IMG/VR virus record: IMGVR_UViG_3300042691_047309
Span: 96,001-160,000 of that record
Length of the DNA: 64,000 nt
Origin: a virus
Reading direction: 5' to 3' (one strand)
Every line of letters starts with the position of its first letter. Position 1 is the first letter of the stretch. Below, piece by piece: positions 9,983 to 20,233 of the stretch. The notes below the pieces were generated by a model. That model saw only the letters and a program-made list of their open reading frames with translations, was not told where the DNA came from and did not search any database. Both the position numbers and the translations under genes were made by a program.

Positions 9983-10030
9983 TTTAAAAAATATATTTTA
10001 AGTTATATATAAAAAACCAGTTTTTTAGTT

Positions 10031-10038
10031 TATATTTG
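10031..10038 (+). promoter_or_regulatory. Bacteroidota -7 promoter element
   Basis: TATATTTG 4 nt before ATG 10043. Confidence 0.65.
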
Positions 10039-10042
10039 TGAA

Positions 10043-10516
10043 ATGGAATCTTTAGATAGGGAGTATAATCAAATTGTTAATCTTACTAAATTCAATGTTA
10101 ATTTCAGTAAGTATGTGGATAGCTGCGATCTTTTAAAACAAAGTCCTGACTATATTCTTGAGAAATATAATCACTGGATTGGTTTTGGACCAACAGTTGA
10201 AAAGAAGTTATATACACCAGGTGATATGACAGATTTTTTCAATAAATATTGTAAAATTTGGAAAATAGACACAGAGAGTTACCATAAATTAAAAAATATA
10301 CTGATGTATTTACATTATACTCAAAATTTGAACATCTTAAGGATGTCTGAAAAATTTGAAGAATATATCGGACCAATGACGATGATATCAGATACCTCAG
10401 ATAAACCAGGATTACATCATAAAACAAATGATTTCGTTAATAATATTTTAGAAGGAAATAAAAACAATATTAAAGTTATTTTAAGAAATATGAAAATTGA
10501 TAATATAGTGCGATGA
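10043..10516 (+). CDS. hypothetical protein with C-terminal RxxKIxxI motif
   Basis: ends LRNMKIDNIVR. Confidence 0.75.
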   Translation: MESLDREYNQIVNLTKFNVNFSKYVDSCDLLKQSPDYILEKYNHWIGFGPTVEKKLYTPGDMTDFFNKYCKIWKIDTESYHKLKNILMYLHYTQNLNILRMSEKFEEYIGPMTMISDTSDKPGLHHKTNDFVNNILEGNKNNIKVILRNMKIDNIVR

Positions 10517-10884
10517 AATATAAAGACAAATCATTTTTAAAGTATCAAGAAAAACAACGTGATGGTGAAGTTGGGTATTGGTCTAATAGGTCTGAAAGAC
10601 AAATTCGTAGAGAAAGAGAACACAGATTTTCAACTTTTTATCAAAAGTTTCTTATTGGAAAAATTGACAAGTATTGGTGGAAAAACCTAAGAGATTCTGA
10701 TAAAGAAAAAATTATATCACTTCACTATATACAAGTAGATGCTATTTCATCGAAAGATTTAGATAGATGGTATTCTGATCCTGTATTTGATACTTGGTCT
10801 GAGTGGTTTGATTATATCAAGACAACTTTTAAACCAAATAAAATATCATTAAGAGAGGATAAACTCAAAGTTTTGGGTATATAA
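10513..10884 (+). CDS. hypothetical protein with C-terminal motif
   Basis: ends LREDKLKVLGI; ATGA overlap. Confidence 0.75.
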   Translation: MKYKDKSFLKYQEKQRDGEVGYWSNRSERQIRREREHRFSTFYQKFLIGKIDKYWWKNLRDSDKEKIISLHYIQVDAISSKDLDRWYSDPVFDTWSEWFDYIKTTFKPNKISLREDKLKVLGI

Positions 10885-10911
10885 TAAGTAACAATAAAAA
10901 ACAAAATAAAA

Positions 10912-11391
10912 ATGAAAACAATTAAATTTATCTTTTTGGCCATAGTAGCCGCAATTTCAATGACTTCTTGTACTGAGAATTACTCTAATGGTGAGCGTAT
11001 CGGTATGATTACAAAATTCTCTCAAAAAGGACTTGTATGGAATTCTTGGGAAGGAACACTCAACACAACTCAAACTGGTATGAACAGTGCAACTCCTTTC
11101 GAATTCTCTGTTGATAATGATGTGAACGATCCTAAAGTTATCGCTACTTTAGATTCGGCTGCAACAAATGGTTGGAAAGTCAAAATCAAATATCACGAAA
11201 CTTTTGGAAAGAATTGGCTCTCTAACAGAGGTGAAACTAACTACTTTGTTAAAGAGGTTCAAGTCTTAGATAGAGATCCAATTGGTAATCTTTTCGGTGA
11301 CTCTTCAAAAAATAACAAATCAAATTGTGATTGTAAAACCGGTGGAAAAGTCATTGATACTATTTATGTTGTAATTGATAGAACTAAATAA
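10912..11391 (+). CDS. lipoprotein
   Basis: MKTIK + hydrophobic core + SMTSC lipobox; YSxGERxG..KFSxKG..WEG motif. Confidence 0.75.
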   Translation: MKTIKFIFLAIVAAISMTSCTENYSNGERIGMITKFSQKGLVWNSWEGTLNTTQTGMNSATPFEFSVDNDVNDPKVIATLDSAATNGWKVKIKYHETFGKNWLSNRGETNYFVKEVQVLDRDPIGNLFGDSSKNNKSNCDCKTGGKVIDTIYVVIDRTK

Positions 11392-11393
11392 CT

Positions 11394-11603
11394 ATGAGAA
11401 AGGGAGACAAACTTATTTGCAGAGAGACAGTTAATAATGTCTTTGGAATGCCTCTTTTTGAAAAGGGTAAAGAATATGAAGTTCTTTACATTGATAATGA
11501 AAAAACAGAGGTCATGGTTATATTAAACCACAACCTTTATGCAAACGAATATATGGAATATCCATTAGTATGGGTTAGTAAAAAATTTAAATCAAAATGT
11601 TAA
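11394..11603 (+). CDS. small beta-rich hypothetical protein (C...GKxY family)
   Basis: GDKLIC...FEKGKEYEV, resembles ORFs at 13702, 15241 and 49799. Confidence 0.7.
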   Translation: MRKGDKLICRETVNNVFGMPLFEKGKEYEVLYIDNEKTEVMVILNHNLYANEYMEYPLVWVSKKFKSKC

Positions 11604-12025
11604 AAGATAGAATTATAGAAATCGTTAAGACACTAACAGAAGTGACTAATTCAAATATTTTGAAGTGGAACGAAGATGATCCTAAGTCAGTATCAAGAAA
11701 TTATAGAAGAAAAATGATTTCCAATGGAGAGGATGGTACAAAGTATGAAATGGAAATAAAATTCATACTTAAAAATGATAATTGGCAAATTGAAGAGGAT
11801 GCAAGCCTTTGGTTAAGAAATAAATTACTACCAGATGGTATATTTTATATAACAAGTTTTAAATCAGACGGTGAGACTTCACATCTTAGAGATTCAATTT
11901 TAAATAATTTTTGTAAAGATATGAATCCGTCTATAGAAGATATTGAAAATACATTGAGCGATATCGCTCGTGGAATTAGTATCTCTGAGTTCAGAGAAGG
12001 AAGACTAAATAAAATTTTAAACTAA
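11597..12025 (+). CDS. hypothetical protein with C-terminal motif
   Basis: ends FREGRLNKILN. Confidence 0.75.
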   Translation: MLKDRIIEIVKTLTEVTNSNILKWNEDDPKSVSRNYRRKMISNGEDGTKYEMEIKFILKNDNWQIEEDASLWLRNKLLPDGIFYITSFKSDGETSHLRDSILNNFCKDMNPSIEDIENTLSDIARGISISEFREGRLNKILN

Positions 12026-12031
12026 AAAGAT

Positions 12032-12598
12032 ATGTATATTATTAACACTAACTTAGAAGAAGTAACTAAAGAATTTGATTTTATAAATAGCTGGATTGAC
12101 ACACTTTGTGATAACATTCTACATAAAGACAGGAAAAATTGCAAAATAACAATGTTTTATAATTATGGATATTTTGTACCAAAAGGTAAAGGTGTAAATC
12201 CTGAACAATTTGATATGTTTTTTGAAGATAGATTAAAATATGAGTTATCAAAAGTCAGAGTCAATGTTACTATAAAAATCAATGAACTGATGATAACAAA
12301 TCGTTTAAAGAAAGGAATGGTACCGGATGTAATTAAATCAATGGTTACTGAAATAACTAAGTATAAAATGTCAATTGAGTGTGAGTTTCATCAAAATGAA
12401 GATATCAAAAATTCTATTCCTGAATTTGATGAGTCAGTTGTATCAATTGAAGTTATTAAACAAGAAATCGGAACTGATAAAATTGAAGAAGATTATTTTG
12501 ATTTAGATGATATCTTAGATAAAATTGCAAAAAGTGGAATAGATTCTCTAACAGATGGAGAGAAGTCATTTTTAGATAAAAAAAGTAAAGAAATGTAA
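12032..12598 (+). CDS. protein with C-terminal DUF6576-like helical domain
   Basis: LDDILDKIAKSGIDSLTDGEKSFL. Confidence 0.7.
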   Translation: MYIINTNLEEVTKEFDFINSWIDTLCDNILHKDRKNCKITMFYNYGYFVPKGKGVNPEQFDMFFEDRLKYELSKVRVNVTIKINELMITNRLKKGMVPDVIKSMVTEITKYKMSIECEFHQNEDIKNSIPEFDESVVSIEVIKQEIGTDKIEEDYFDLDDILDKIAKSGIDSLTDGEKSFLDKKSKEM

Positions 12599-13413
12599 TG
12601 GATATAAATCAAATATATCAAGGTGATTGTTTAGATTTACTCAAACAGTTAGATGATAACTCTATTGACTTGGTTATCACAAGTCCACCATATGCGGATT
12701 TGAAGGTTTATATTGATAATCCTGGAATACTTGCTGGTGATTATGTTGAATGGTTTTTACCAATATGTAATGAAATCTGTCGAGTTATAAAACCGACAGG
12801 TTCTTTTATTTTAAATATAAATGATAAAGTAGAAGAAGGATTTAGACATCCTTATGTTTATGATCTTATTTCCGAAATTCATAAAAGAACGGAATTAAAA
12901 ATGTTTGAGCGTCTTTTTTGGAATAAGATGAAAGGTCTTCCCAATAGAAGTAGATTTGGGGATAGAGTTGAATATTTATTTTGGTTCGCAAAAGAAAAAG
13001 GTTTCAAGTTTAACATAGATGAAATGAGAACTGAATATTCTGAAAAATCCATTAAGAGAATGAAGAATCCCCTTAAAAAAAGATTTGCTCGAACAGAGGA
13101 AAATCAAAATGAAAGTGAGTATAAAGAATGGAAACCAAATCCATTAGGTGCCTTACCTACAACACTTGTTAGTATATCATCAGAATCAAAAAGAATTGCA
13201 GATAATCATGTTGCAGTTTATCCAGTTGAACTTGTTGATTACTTTATCAAAGGTTCAACTCAAGAAGGTGATTTAGTTTTGGATCCATTTATAGGAACAG
13301 GAACAACAGCGGTCTCTGCTAAAAAAATGGGTAGAAACTTTATAGGTTTTGAAAGACAATCAGAATATATCAAAGTTGCGAATAAAAGAATTTTAGATGT
13401 TGAGAATAACTAA
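12598..13413 (+). CDS. site-specific DNA methyltransferase (N4/N6, beta class)
   Basis: GDCL...ITSPPY followed by VLDPFIGTGTT. Confidence 0.92.
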   Translation: MDINQIYQGDCLDLLKQLDDNSIDLVITSPPYADLKVYIDNPGILAGDYVEWFLPICNEICRVIKPTGSFILNINDKVEEGFRHPYVYDLISEIHKRTELKMFERLFWNKMKGLPNRSRFGDRVEYLFWFAKEKGFKFNIDEMRTEYSEKSIKRMKNPLKKRFARTEENQNESEYKEWKPNPLGALPTTLVSISSESKRIADNHVAVYPVELVDYFIKGSTQEGDLVLDPFIGTGTTAVSAKKMGRNFIGFERQSEYIKVANKRILDVENN

Positions 13414-13696
13414 AACACCTAAAATAGTAAGTGTTAAATGGTACACAAAAGGAGAAATGGATCCAAGTTATAACGGTACTGATGTAGATAGTTTTGTAAT
13501 TATTCCAGGTGTTACACACTACCAACATATTTACTCTTCTCAAAAATATTTAATCTTTGATAGTAAAACAAGTTATATGGCAGTTGAATTTACATCAGAG
13601 GCTGATTTAGAAAGATACTTTATACAACTAATGAGGGAAATTAAACTTAATCAAATCACAAATGTTAATGTTGATGTTGATAAAAAAACAAAGTAA
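13397..13696 (+). CDS. hypothetical protein with near-C-terminal motif
   Basis: MREIKLNQIT near the end. Confidence 0.7.
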   Translation: MLRITKTPKIVSVKWYTKGEMDPSYNGTDVDSFVIIPGVTHYQHIYSSQKYLIFDSKTSYMAVEFTSEADLERYFIQLMREIKLNQITNVNVDVDKKTK

Positions 13697-13701
13697 TATG
13701 A

Positions 13702-13938
13702 GTGAATATTTATTGCAAAAGAACAATGTTTAATCCAGATGATAATTCGGTGATATGTGCTAAAGGTAAAATATATCAAACCGTACCATCTTCTGAATTT
13801 GAAGCAAAAACAGGTTTGGTTTTTTGGGTTTCTTCTGAAATTGAAGAAAACATACCACTAACATTAAAACTTTATGATAAATATTTCACAACTATTGATG
13901 AAATGAGGAATAATAAAATAAACGAAATACTAAAATGA
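13702..13938 (+). CDS. small C...GKxY family protein with C-terminal motif
   Basis: GTG start; ends MRNNKINEILK. Confidence 0.7.
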   Translation: MNIYCKRTMFNPDDNSVICAKGKIYQTVPSSEFEAKTGLVFWVSSEIEENIPLTLKLYDKYFTTIDEMRNNKINEILK

Positions 13939-14696
13939 AAATTGTAAAATATCTTTCTGATACTGAAATAATGAATTGGAATAATAGACTTGAGAATACA
14001 CCTTATATTGTTATTCCAAGATATCACACTCATTCATCTTTTCCTACAATAGTTTTTAAACAAAAAACAACAACTGGTTTAGGAAATTTTCTAAATGATC
14101 CACAATCAGAAGTAATAACACTGGATCCACATATGAAATTTCAGTTTTCATTTTCAGTTGCTAAAAATCGTGTAGATAATTTTTTTAATATATTCAACAA
14201 ATGGTTTTCTAAAATAGAAACCAAAACTTATTTTCAAGATAGAAGTAATCGAGAGAAAATAGATGATATAGAAGTATCTGATTCTATTATTAAATCAAAG
14301 AAGCAAATTGAACACAAAGTAAAAGAAAAAGAATATACTAAATTCATTTACTATTTTGAAGGACATCTTTCTTCAATTATGGCTTATGTGATGTTCTTAG
14401 AAGACTCTATTGATATTTTCTCTTCTATATGGGGATATGATGAGTCAGGATCAGAACACCTACTGACTAAATTTAATATTGGTGATTGTGTAACAAAAGT
14501 TGGTGACCAATCAGAAGATTATCTCATTTTAGATTTCGAGCCAATAAAAAGTGGTAAAGATTTTTCTTTAGATTATGAAATTTGTAAAATGATTACAAAA
14601 GGACAGATTATAAAATATGGAAATTCAGAAGTAGTCAAAGAAAAAGATATAACCTGGTCTCGTAATAATAGAATTGATGATATTTTAGATAATTGA
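13935..14696 (+). CDS. hypothetical protein with C-terminal motif
   Basis: KFNIGDCV SH3-like segment; ends SRNNRIDDILDN. Confidence 0.75.
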   Translation: MKIVKYLSDTEIMNWNNRLENTPYIVIPRYHTHSSFPTIVFKQKTTTGLGNFLNDPQSEVITLDPHMKFQFSFSVAKNRVDNFFNIFNKWFSKIETKTYFQDRSNREKIDDIEVSDSIIKSKKQIEHKVKEKEYTKFIYYFEGHLSSIMAYVMFLEDSIDIFSSIWGYDESGSEHLLTKFNIGDCVTKVGDQSEDYLILDFEPIKSGKDFSLDYEICKMITKGQIIKYGNSEVVKEKDITWSRNNRIDDILDN

Positions 14697-14727
14697 TTTG
14701 ATATTCTAAAAATTAGTATTATATTTG
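14697..14727 (+). promoter_or_regulatory. Bacteroidota housekeeping-sigma promoter
   Basis: TTTG-N19-TATATTTG, 4 nt before ATG 14732. Confidence 0.8.
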
Positions 14728-14731
14728 TAAA

Positions 14732-15241
14732 ATGGATAAGTGGAGTAATCTACAATTTAAAGATTTTCTCGAAGGTGAAAGACTGAATTGTTATTGGTTC
14801 TGGTATAAAGGTAAAATCACAAGAAGAAAGAATTTAGATGGAGAAATTTACGAACAAAACCTTTCTGGTAAATGTGAATGGAATGGAATAAGATTGCAAA
14901 ATGGATTTAATCATTGTTTTAATATTTTAACTAATAAATATATGAGAGGATTAAAAGAAGGAAAATACAACGGTCAAACTAAAGCAGAGTTTGAAAAGAA
15001 CAAAGTTAGAGTTAGTGATATTTGGATAAAATCCGGTGCTGATATTGAGAAGGCTAAGTCTTTATCAACAACACAAGCAAATCGAATTACTGACGAGTGG
15101 AAGGCTCTAAATAGAGCTTTTGCTGCTAAAGAAATGGGTTACGAAGAAATATTTGAGATTTTCTTTCATCGTGCTTATGAATTAGGTTCAGTTTCTAAAT
15201 TAGAATACCGAGAATATAAATTAGATAAGCTTGGTATCTAA
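14732..15241 (+). CDS. hypothetical protein with C-terminal motif
   Basis: ends YREYKLDKLGI. Confidence 0.75.
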   Translation: MDKWSNLQFKDFLEGERLNCYWFWYKGKITRRKNLDGEIYEQNLSGKCEWNGIRLQNGFNHCFNILTNKYMRGLKEGKYNGQTKAEFEKNKVRVSDIWIKSGADIEKAKSLSTTQANRITDEWKALNRAFAAKEMGYEEIFEIFFHRAYELGSVSKLEYREYKLDKLGI

Positions 15242-15528
15242 TGAAAATAATTAAAACTAAATTTCTTTGCAAGAATAGTAGTCAAACTGTTACGAAAGGA
15301 CTTCCTATGTATGTTAAAGATAGGTTTATTGAAGGAAAATGGTATGATGGTGAATATGAAGCCTGGAACTTCCATGATAGTTACAGACTAAATGGTGGAT
15401 GGCGTAGATACTGGGTTATAAATGAAAAAGGTGAAAAAGAAGAAATTCACAGAGCTCACATGAATGCAATTTTTGAAACAGATATAGAAAAGTTAAGAGA
15501 TAATAAAATAAATGAAATACTAAAATAA
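15241..15528 (+). CDS. small C...GKxY family protein with C-terminal motif
   Basis: ends LRDNKINEILK. Confidence 0.75.
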   Translation: MKIIKTKFLCKNSSQTVTKGLPMYVKDRFIEGKWYDGEYEAWNFHDSYRLNGGWRRYWVINEKGEKEEIHRAHMNAIFETDIEKLRDNKINEILK

Positions 15529-15529
15529 A

Positions 15530-15928
15530 ATGAGCGAAGAAACAAAACAACTAAAAGTATCCAATGAGTTTGTTGATATTTTTAAAAACTTCAATGTTGT
15601 AAATAAAGTTGAAGAAATGAAAGCACTTTCTAAGAAAGAACTATATTTATTATTAACACTCTGCTTGGATAAGCACGATGATGAACAACCAACTGTTGTT
15701 TATAACTTTCAACCGTTTAGAGAACAAGTGATGGAGTTATTTGAAATTCAGGATGATAAAGAAACTCTCAATCCGGTTCTAAAAGAGCTTATTGAAGAAA
15801 GCGGTGATAAATACATTGAAACTGATAATATTGTTGATGAAACAGGAAATAAACTTCCAGAGCCTTTAACAAAAGAGGAAGTGAGAGATGTAAAAATTAA
15901 TATCATCAATAGTGATGATTCAAAATAA
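15530..15928 (+). CDS. hypothetical protein with C-terminal motif
   Basis: VRDVKINIINSDDSK at the end. Confidence 0.75.
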   Translation: MSEETKQLKVSNEFVDIFKNFNVVNKVEEMKALSKKELYLLLTLCLDKHDDEQPTVVYNFQPFREQVMELFEIQDDKETLNPVLKELIEESGDKYIETDNIVDETGNKLPEPLTKEEVRDVKINIINSDDSK

Positions 15929-15954
15929 TTTCCTAAATTTGTAAAAAAATAATT

Positions 15955-17202
15955 ATGCAAGAAGATATTCAAAATCCAGTAACTGAAGAAGTAAGAACTG
16001 AACCAATCATTGGTGAGTTTAAACCAAAACGTAAATTCTTAAACTTTGTTTCTGCTGTAAATGGTGCTCGTGTTCGTTTCATTCGTGATGTTGCCTTTCT
16101 TAAAGGTGAAAAACTATCTGGTGTTTTAGAAGGGGCTATATTTAAAATAACTATTTGTGATGAAGGTACAATTAACATTGAAGAACAGGAAGGAACTAAT
16201 CTTTCTGATAAATCAATGATCCAAAGACTTCTTAATGAAATCGATGAAATCGATGTTACTGGTTATGCTCAAAAGTTTGTTGTCGCTGGATTAGAGTTCG
16301 CTGATGTAAAAGGTGACCGTTGTTACTTAGAAGTAGAACATCAAAAACCAATTGATAAATTAAAATCACTTTTTGATGAAGAGGAAAAAGTTGAGGTTTC
16401 TGAAAAGAGTTTGAGTTTACTTGATGATTTATTTGGGAGTGATGAAGAAGAGTGGGATGAGGATCATGCACTTTCAGAAGTGATGAATTCTATGTTAGAT
16501 GATCTATCAGAAGAAGATGTTAAGACAATTATTGAAGCAAATGAAAATCCAGCTGAACCTAATGATAAATTAAAAGAGGCTGCTGAGTCATATATGGAAA
16601 AACAATTCCGTAAAATGCATGAAGCAAAAATCATTGAGTTAGAATACCGTATTGAAGAAACTCAGAGAGAAATCATTCGATATAAAAATGATGCTAAACA
16701 AGCTGAGTCAAAGGCTGAAGAAAAAGTTGAAGCACTTGGTATTTTAGAAACTCGATTAGAAACAATGAAACCAGGTGACGAACCTAATGGTTATGTATTT
16801 TTTGTATCTGAGGAAATGAAAGATATGGAAGAACTTGATGAAACCGAAGCTAAAGTAGCTGCTAAGATTGCAGATATTATGAAGTTGAAGAAAGACGTTT
16901 TGGTTAAGATGTTGACAGAAGGCTACTACAAAATCAAAATTGCTAAGTCCGATGATATTTCAAATCAAGACTTTGAATTAGACAAAGAAATCTATAATAA
17001 GATTATGACTTTAGATATTGATGGTAAGATGTCACTTACTGATAGTGAGTTTCGATACCGTGGTAAATTAAACTGGCATCAACTTGTCTCTAAAATGATT
17101 AAATCTGGATTTGCTCAAGATGAAGAGTTTGATAAACTTTGCAACTCTAATTCTTATGAAAGTCACGAAGAAGAAAAAGAATCTGATAAAACTGAAGAGT
17201 AA
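15955..17202 (+). CDS. acidic coiled-coil hypothetical protein
   Basis: 415-aa ORF, E/D-rich; TAAATTTG at 15934 upstream. Confidence 0.8.
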   Translation: MQEDIQNPVTEEVRTEPIIGEFKPKRKFLNFVSAVNGARVRFIRDVAFLKGEKLSGVLEGAIFKITICDEGTINIEEQEGTNLSDKSMIQRLLNEIDEIDVTGYAQKFVVAGLEFADVKGDRCYLEVEHQKPIDKLKSLFDEEEKVEVSEKSLSLLDDLFGSDEEEWDEDHALSEVMNSMLDDLSEEDVKTIIEANENPAEPNDKLKEAAESYMEKQFRKMHEAKIIELEYRIEETQREIIRYKNDAKQAESKAEEKVEALGILETRLETMKPGDEPNGYVFFVSEEMKDMEELDETEAKVAAKIADIMKLKKDVLVKMLTEGYYKIKIAKSDDISNQDFELDKEIYNKIMTLDIDGKMSLTDSEFRYRGKLNWHQLVSKMIKSGFAQDEEFDKLCNSNSYESHEEEKESDKTEE

Positions 17203-17204
17203 AA

Positions 17205-17591
17205 ATGAATATGGGGTTTACAAGATATTGGGAATTTGAGAGATTAAATAGTGAGAAGTTTAAAGAGTTCTCTAATATCTGTCAGTTACTTATAGATAAT
17301 ATGGATATTCCACTTGATGATGTCACCGTTAATGAAGCACAAGTAAGATTCAATGGAGTTGATGATGATGGTCATGAAACATTCAATTTCTCTTTAAATA
17401 AAGATGGATTTAACTTTTGTAAAACAGCTACTAAACCTTACGATGAAGTTGTGTATGGTTGTCTTTATATTGCTAAGTTAATATTCGAAGATAGTGTAAA
17501 GATAAATCAAGATTGTAAAGAAGACGAACCTTATGTAAAAAAAGTAATATCTATTCTAAGAGAAAATAAACTTAATCAACTATTAAAATAA
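17205..17591 (+). CDS. hypothetical protein with C-terminal motif
   Basis: MGFTRYW start, FNG..HETF..FCKT..KPYD; ends LRENKLNQLLK. Confidence 0.75.
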   Translation: MNMGFTRYWEFERLNSEKFKEFSNICQLLIDNMDIPLDDVTVNEAQVRFNGVDDDGHETFNFSLNKDGFNFCKTATKPYDEVVYGCLYIAKLIFEDSVKINQDCKEDEPYVKKVISILRENKLNQLLK

Positions 17592-17598
17592 AAAAAAT

Positions 17599-18069
17599 AT
17601 GATAACTAAAGAAAACCTGAAAATAAAACTTACTAGATTAAGAAGAATAATTAAAGTTTTTTATTTAAAAACATTTAAAACTCTTGGTAAAGAAAAGAGG
17701 CTTAAAAAACCAAAAAAACTTACCGAGTCTGAAGATACTGCTTGTGAGATATTTTTAACAATATTACACAATAAGGATAGTAAATTACATTATGATATTC
17801 AAACACAGGAATGTTATATAAGTTCTTCAGATAAAACACTTTTTGTCTTTTTAGAAGCTGGTAATGTTAAGATTATTAATTCTGTTTTTGGGTATGATGT
17901 GCATATACGTCAAGACTTAGAGGCTTATCTACTTGACAAATTTATTAGAGAAATGAGTATTAGAAGAAATGCTTTCAAAAAAGAAGTTCTTTCTAAAATA
18001 AATCACTCTTTAGACAGCACTCTTGATAGAATTAAAGACTGGGATAAAGAATCAAAAAGTAAAAAATAA
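17599..18069 (+). CDS. hypothetical protein
   Basis: 156-aa ORF in operon. Confidence 0.7.
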   Translation: MITKENLKIKLTRLRRIIKVFYLKTFKTLGKEKRLKKPKKLTESEDTACEIFLTILHNKDSKLHYDIQTQECYISSSDKTLFVFLEAGNVKIINSVFGYDVHIRQDLEAYLLDKFIREMSIRRNAFKKEVLSKINHSLDSTLDRIKDWDKESKSKK

Positions 18070-18118
18070 TTAGGTTTATCAATTAATAAATACTATATTT
18101 GTAAAAAATATTCTAAAA

Positions 18119-19612
18119 ATGATAATTAAGAACATTCACGAAAAATTACTTAACGGTATCCAAACGATGCTTATTGATACTAAAATCAATTTGCCTTACT
18201 ACGGAGAATTCAACCTACACGTTTCATTTCATGAGCAAGATTCAATTGGAACCTGTGCTGTAAATGTTACCTCAAAAGGTATGAACTTCTTTTATTCTCC
18301 AAAGTTTTTGGAAAATATGTCTCAGAAAGAAGTGAACTTCATCACATTACATGAAGATTTTCACTTACTTTTTAATCATCCTCGTAGAACAATCACTGGT
18401 CAATACGATCACAAATTGTCCAACATCGCTCAAGATATGATTATTAATCACGTTATCTGGGAAGATATCCCACACGCTTTTGTTGAAATTCCAAAGTCTC
18501 CAGATGGTAAGAATATGGCACTTTTTGTTCCGAAAGAATATGAAGGTAAACTTATCTTTGAAGAGCTTTACGAATGGTTGAAAGAAGAAAAAGAAAAATG
18601 GCAGAAAGAACAAAAACAAAACTCTCAATGTCAGTCTTGTGGTGGATCTGGAAAGAAACAAGATGGTCAATGTCAGCAACCTCAAAAAAGTGATGACCAA
18701 AAACAAGATGGTAAGGGAAAAGGTGAAAAACAAAATGGTGAAGGAGACCAACCAGAGGATGGTCAAAGTCAATCAGAAGGTCAGGGTCAAGGAGAATCTT
18801 GTACAGATTGTCAAGGAACTGGTAATGAAGAAGGAAAAGACTCTTCCGGAAAACCTTCTTATGGACCCTATGGTAAAAATCCATCTAAAGATGGTGAGTC
18901 ACTTGATACTTGGTCCAAAGAGCAAATCTTCCAAGATATGGAGAATGGGAATGGAGAGTATCTTGACAAACACATCGGTGATGATGTACCTGAAGAATTG
19001 AGAGATGCGATGGTTAAGGATGTTATGGAGAGATTAGCCGCTCGTGGTTTATCAGCGGGTAATGTTGAACAAACACTAAACAAACTTCGTAAGAAACGAA
19101 AAGATTATCTTCGTGAAATCAAAAGAGCAGTTTCTAATATGATTTTTGGAACTGTTAAAGAACGAACAATTGTTAAACCTAATCGAAAAGGTATATCTGG
19201 TTTAAAAGGTAATCGTAAAGTTAAAACCAAAATTAATTGTATCTTAGACACATCAGGTTCAATGGGTGGAACTTTTGAGAGAGTTTTGAACTATGTTTAT
19301 CGTAATGATATTGAAATCAATTTGATTGAGGCTGATACTGAGGTTAAATGGATTGAAAATATTAAAAATGCGAAAAAACTTGAAACTCTTAAAATCAAAG
19401 GTCTTGGAGGAACAATTCTTCAACCTGCGATTGACTTAGTTGCTGACCAATACAATGAGTTTAACACTGTTGTATTGACTGATGGTTACTGCGACTCTCT
19501 TGACTTATCTAAGATTAAAGGTAGAGTCTTAATGGTATCGATTGGTGTAAAAGTTCCGATTTCTCGTTCTAATGGAAAAGTCAAGCAGATTATGGTTGAG
19601 AAAGAAAACTAA
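18119..19612 (+). CDS. metallopeptidase-like (DUF2201) + VWA domain protein, MoxR partner type
   Basis: LHEDFHLL HExxH, NIAQDMIIN, ILDTSGSM MIDAS, GGT, LTDG; TATATTTG at 18094. Confidence 0.88.
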   Translation: MIIKNIHEKLLNGIQTMLIDTKINLPYYGEFNLHVSFHEQDSIGTCAVNVTSKGMNFFYSPKFLENMSQKEVNFITLHEDFHLLFNHPRRTITGQYDHKLSNIAQDMIINHVIWEDIPHAFVEIPKSPDGKNMALFVPKEYEGKLIFEELYEWLKEEKEKWQKEQKQNSQCQSCGGSGKKQDGQCQQPQKSDDQKQDGKGKGEKQNGEGDQPEDGQSQSEGQGQGESCTDCQGTGNEEGKDSSGKPSYGPYGKNPSKDGESLDTWSKEQIFQDMENGNGEYLDKHIGDDVPEELRDAMVKDVMERLAARGLSAGNVEQTLNKLRKKRKDYLREIKRAVSNMIFGTVKERTIVKPNRKGISGLKGNRKVKTKINCILDTSGSMGGTFERVLNYVYRNDIEINLIEADTEVKWIENIKNAKKLETLKIKGLGGTILQPAIDLVADQYNEFNTVVLTDGYCDSLDLSKIKGRVLMVSIGVKVPISRSNGKVKQIMVEKEN

Positions 19613-19614
19613 TC

Positions 19615-19643
19615 AAAAAGACCAACCTATAGTTGGTCTTTTT
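19615..19643. terminator. intrinsic terminator
   Basis: aaaaagaccaac-ctata-gttggtcttttt. Confidence 0.8.
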
Positions 19644-19654
19644 ATTTTAATAAA

Positions 19655-19662
19655 TATATTTG
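19655..19662 (+). promoter_or_regulatory. Bacteroidota -7 promoter element
   Basis: TATATTTG 4 nt before ATG 19667; GTTG 19 nt upstream. Confidence 0.7.
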
Positions 19663-19666
19663 TAAT

Positions 19667-20233
19667 ATGAAAGTAATTTTTTTGGATTTTGATGGTGTTA
19701 TGTGTCTCTCTGAGCAATGGGGTGGACGAGCTAAAAAAATGCTAAAGTTTCAAAGAGAATTTCCGGGTTCAACTGAAGATGATATGCCAGCTTGGATTAA
19801 GCTAGATAATTTTGATTTTAAGGCAACTAAAGTTCTTAACTCTATTTTATTACATCACGATGTTGAGATAGTTTGCTCTTCAGATTGGAAATTATTTGCT
19901 ACTTTAGATCAACTTCAAGATATGTTTGATAAATACGGTGTGATTAAATCACCAATAGATGTCACACCAACTCTTGTTAAGTATGAGTCTAAATCTCAAT
20001 TCACACAAAGTGAATTAGAGCAATGGAGAGTTAAAGAAATTAAAACGTGGTTAGATTTACATCCAGAAGTAACACACTGGGTTGCTGTTGATGATATGGA
20101 CTTAGGTGAGAAGTTTGGTCCTATTTCTGGAAATTCCAATGGTGGTCTAACTAACTTCATATTAACTAAGCAGTATATTGGAATTAAACAATCCGGAATA
20201 AAAGAAAAAATCATTAAGTTCTTAAATGATTAA
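19667..20233 (+). CDS. HAD-domain protein (Swiss-army-knife RNA-repair type)
   Basis: IFLDFDGV, IVCSSDWK, RVKEI..WL, WVAVDD. Confidence 0.82.
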   Translation: MKVIFLDFDGVMCLSEQWGGRAKKMLKFQREFPGSTEDDMPAWIKLDNFDFKATKVLNSILLHHDVEIVCSSDWKLFATLDQLQDMFDKYGVIKSPIDVTPTLVKYESKSQFTQSELEQWRVKEIKTWLDLHPEVTHWVAVDDMDLGEKFGPISGNSNGGLTNFILTKQYIGIKQSGIKEKIIKFLND

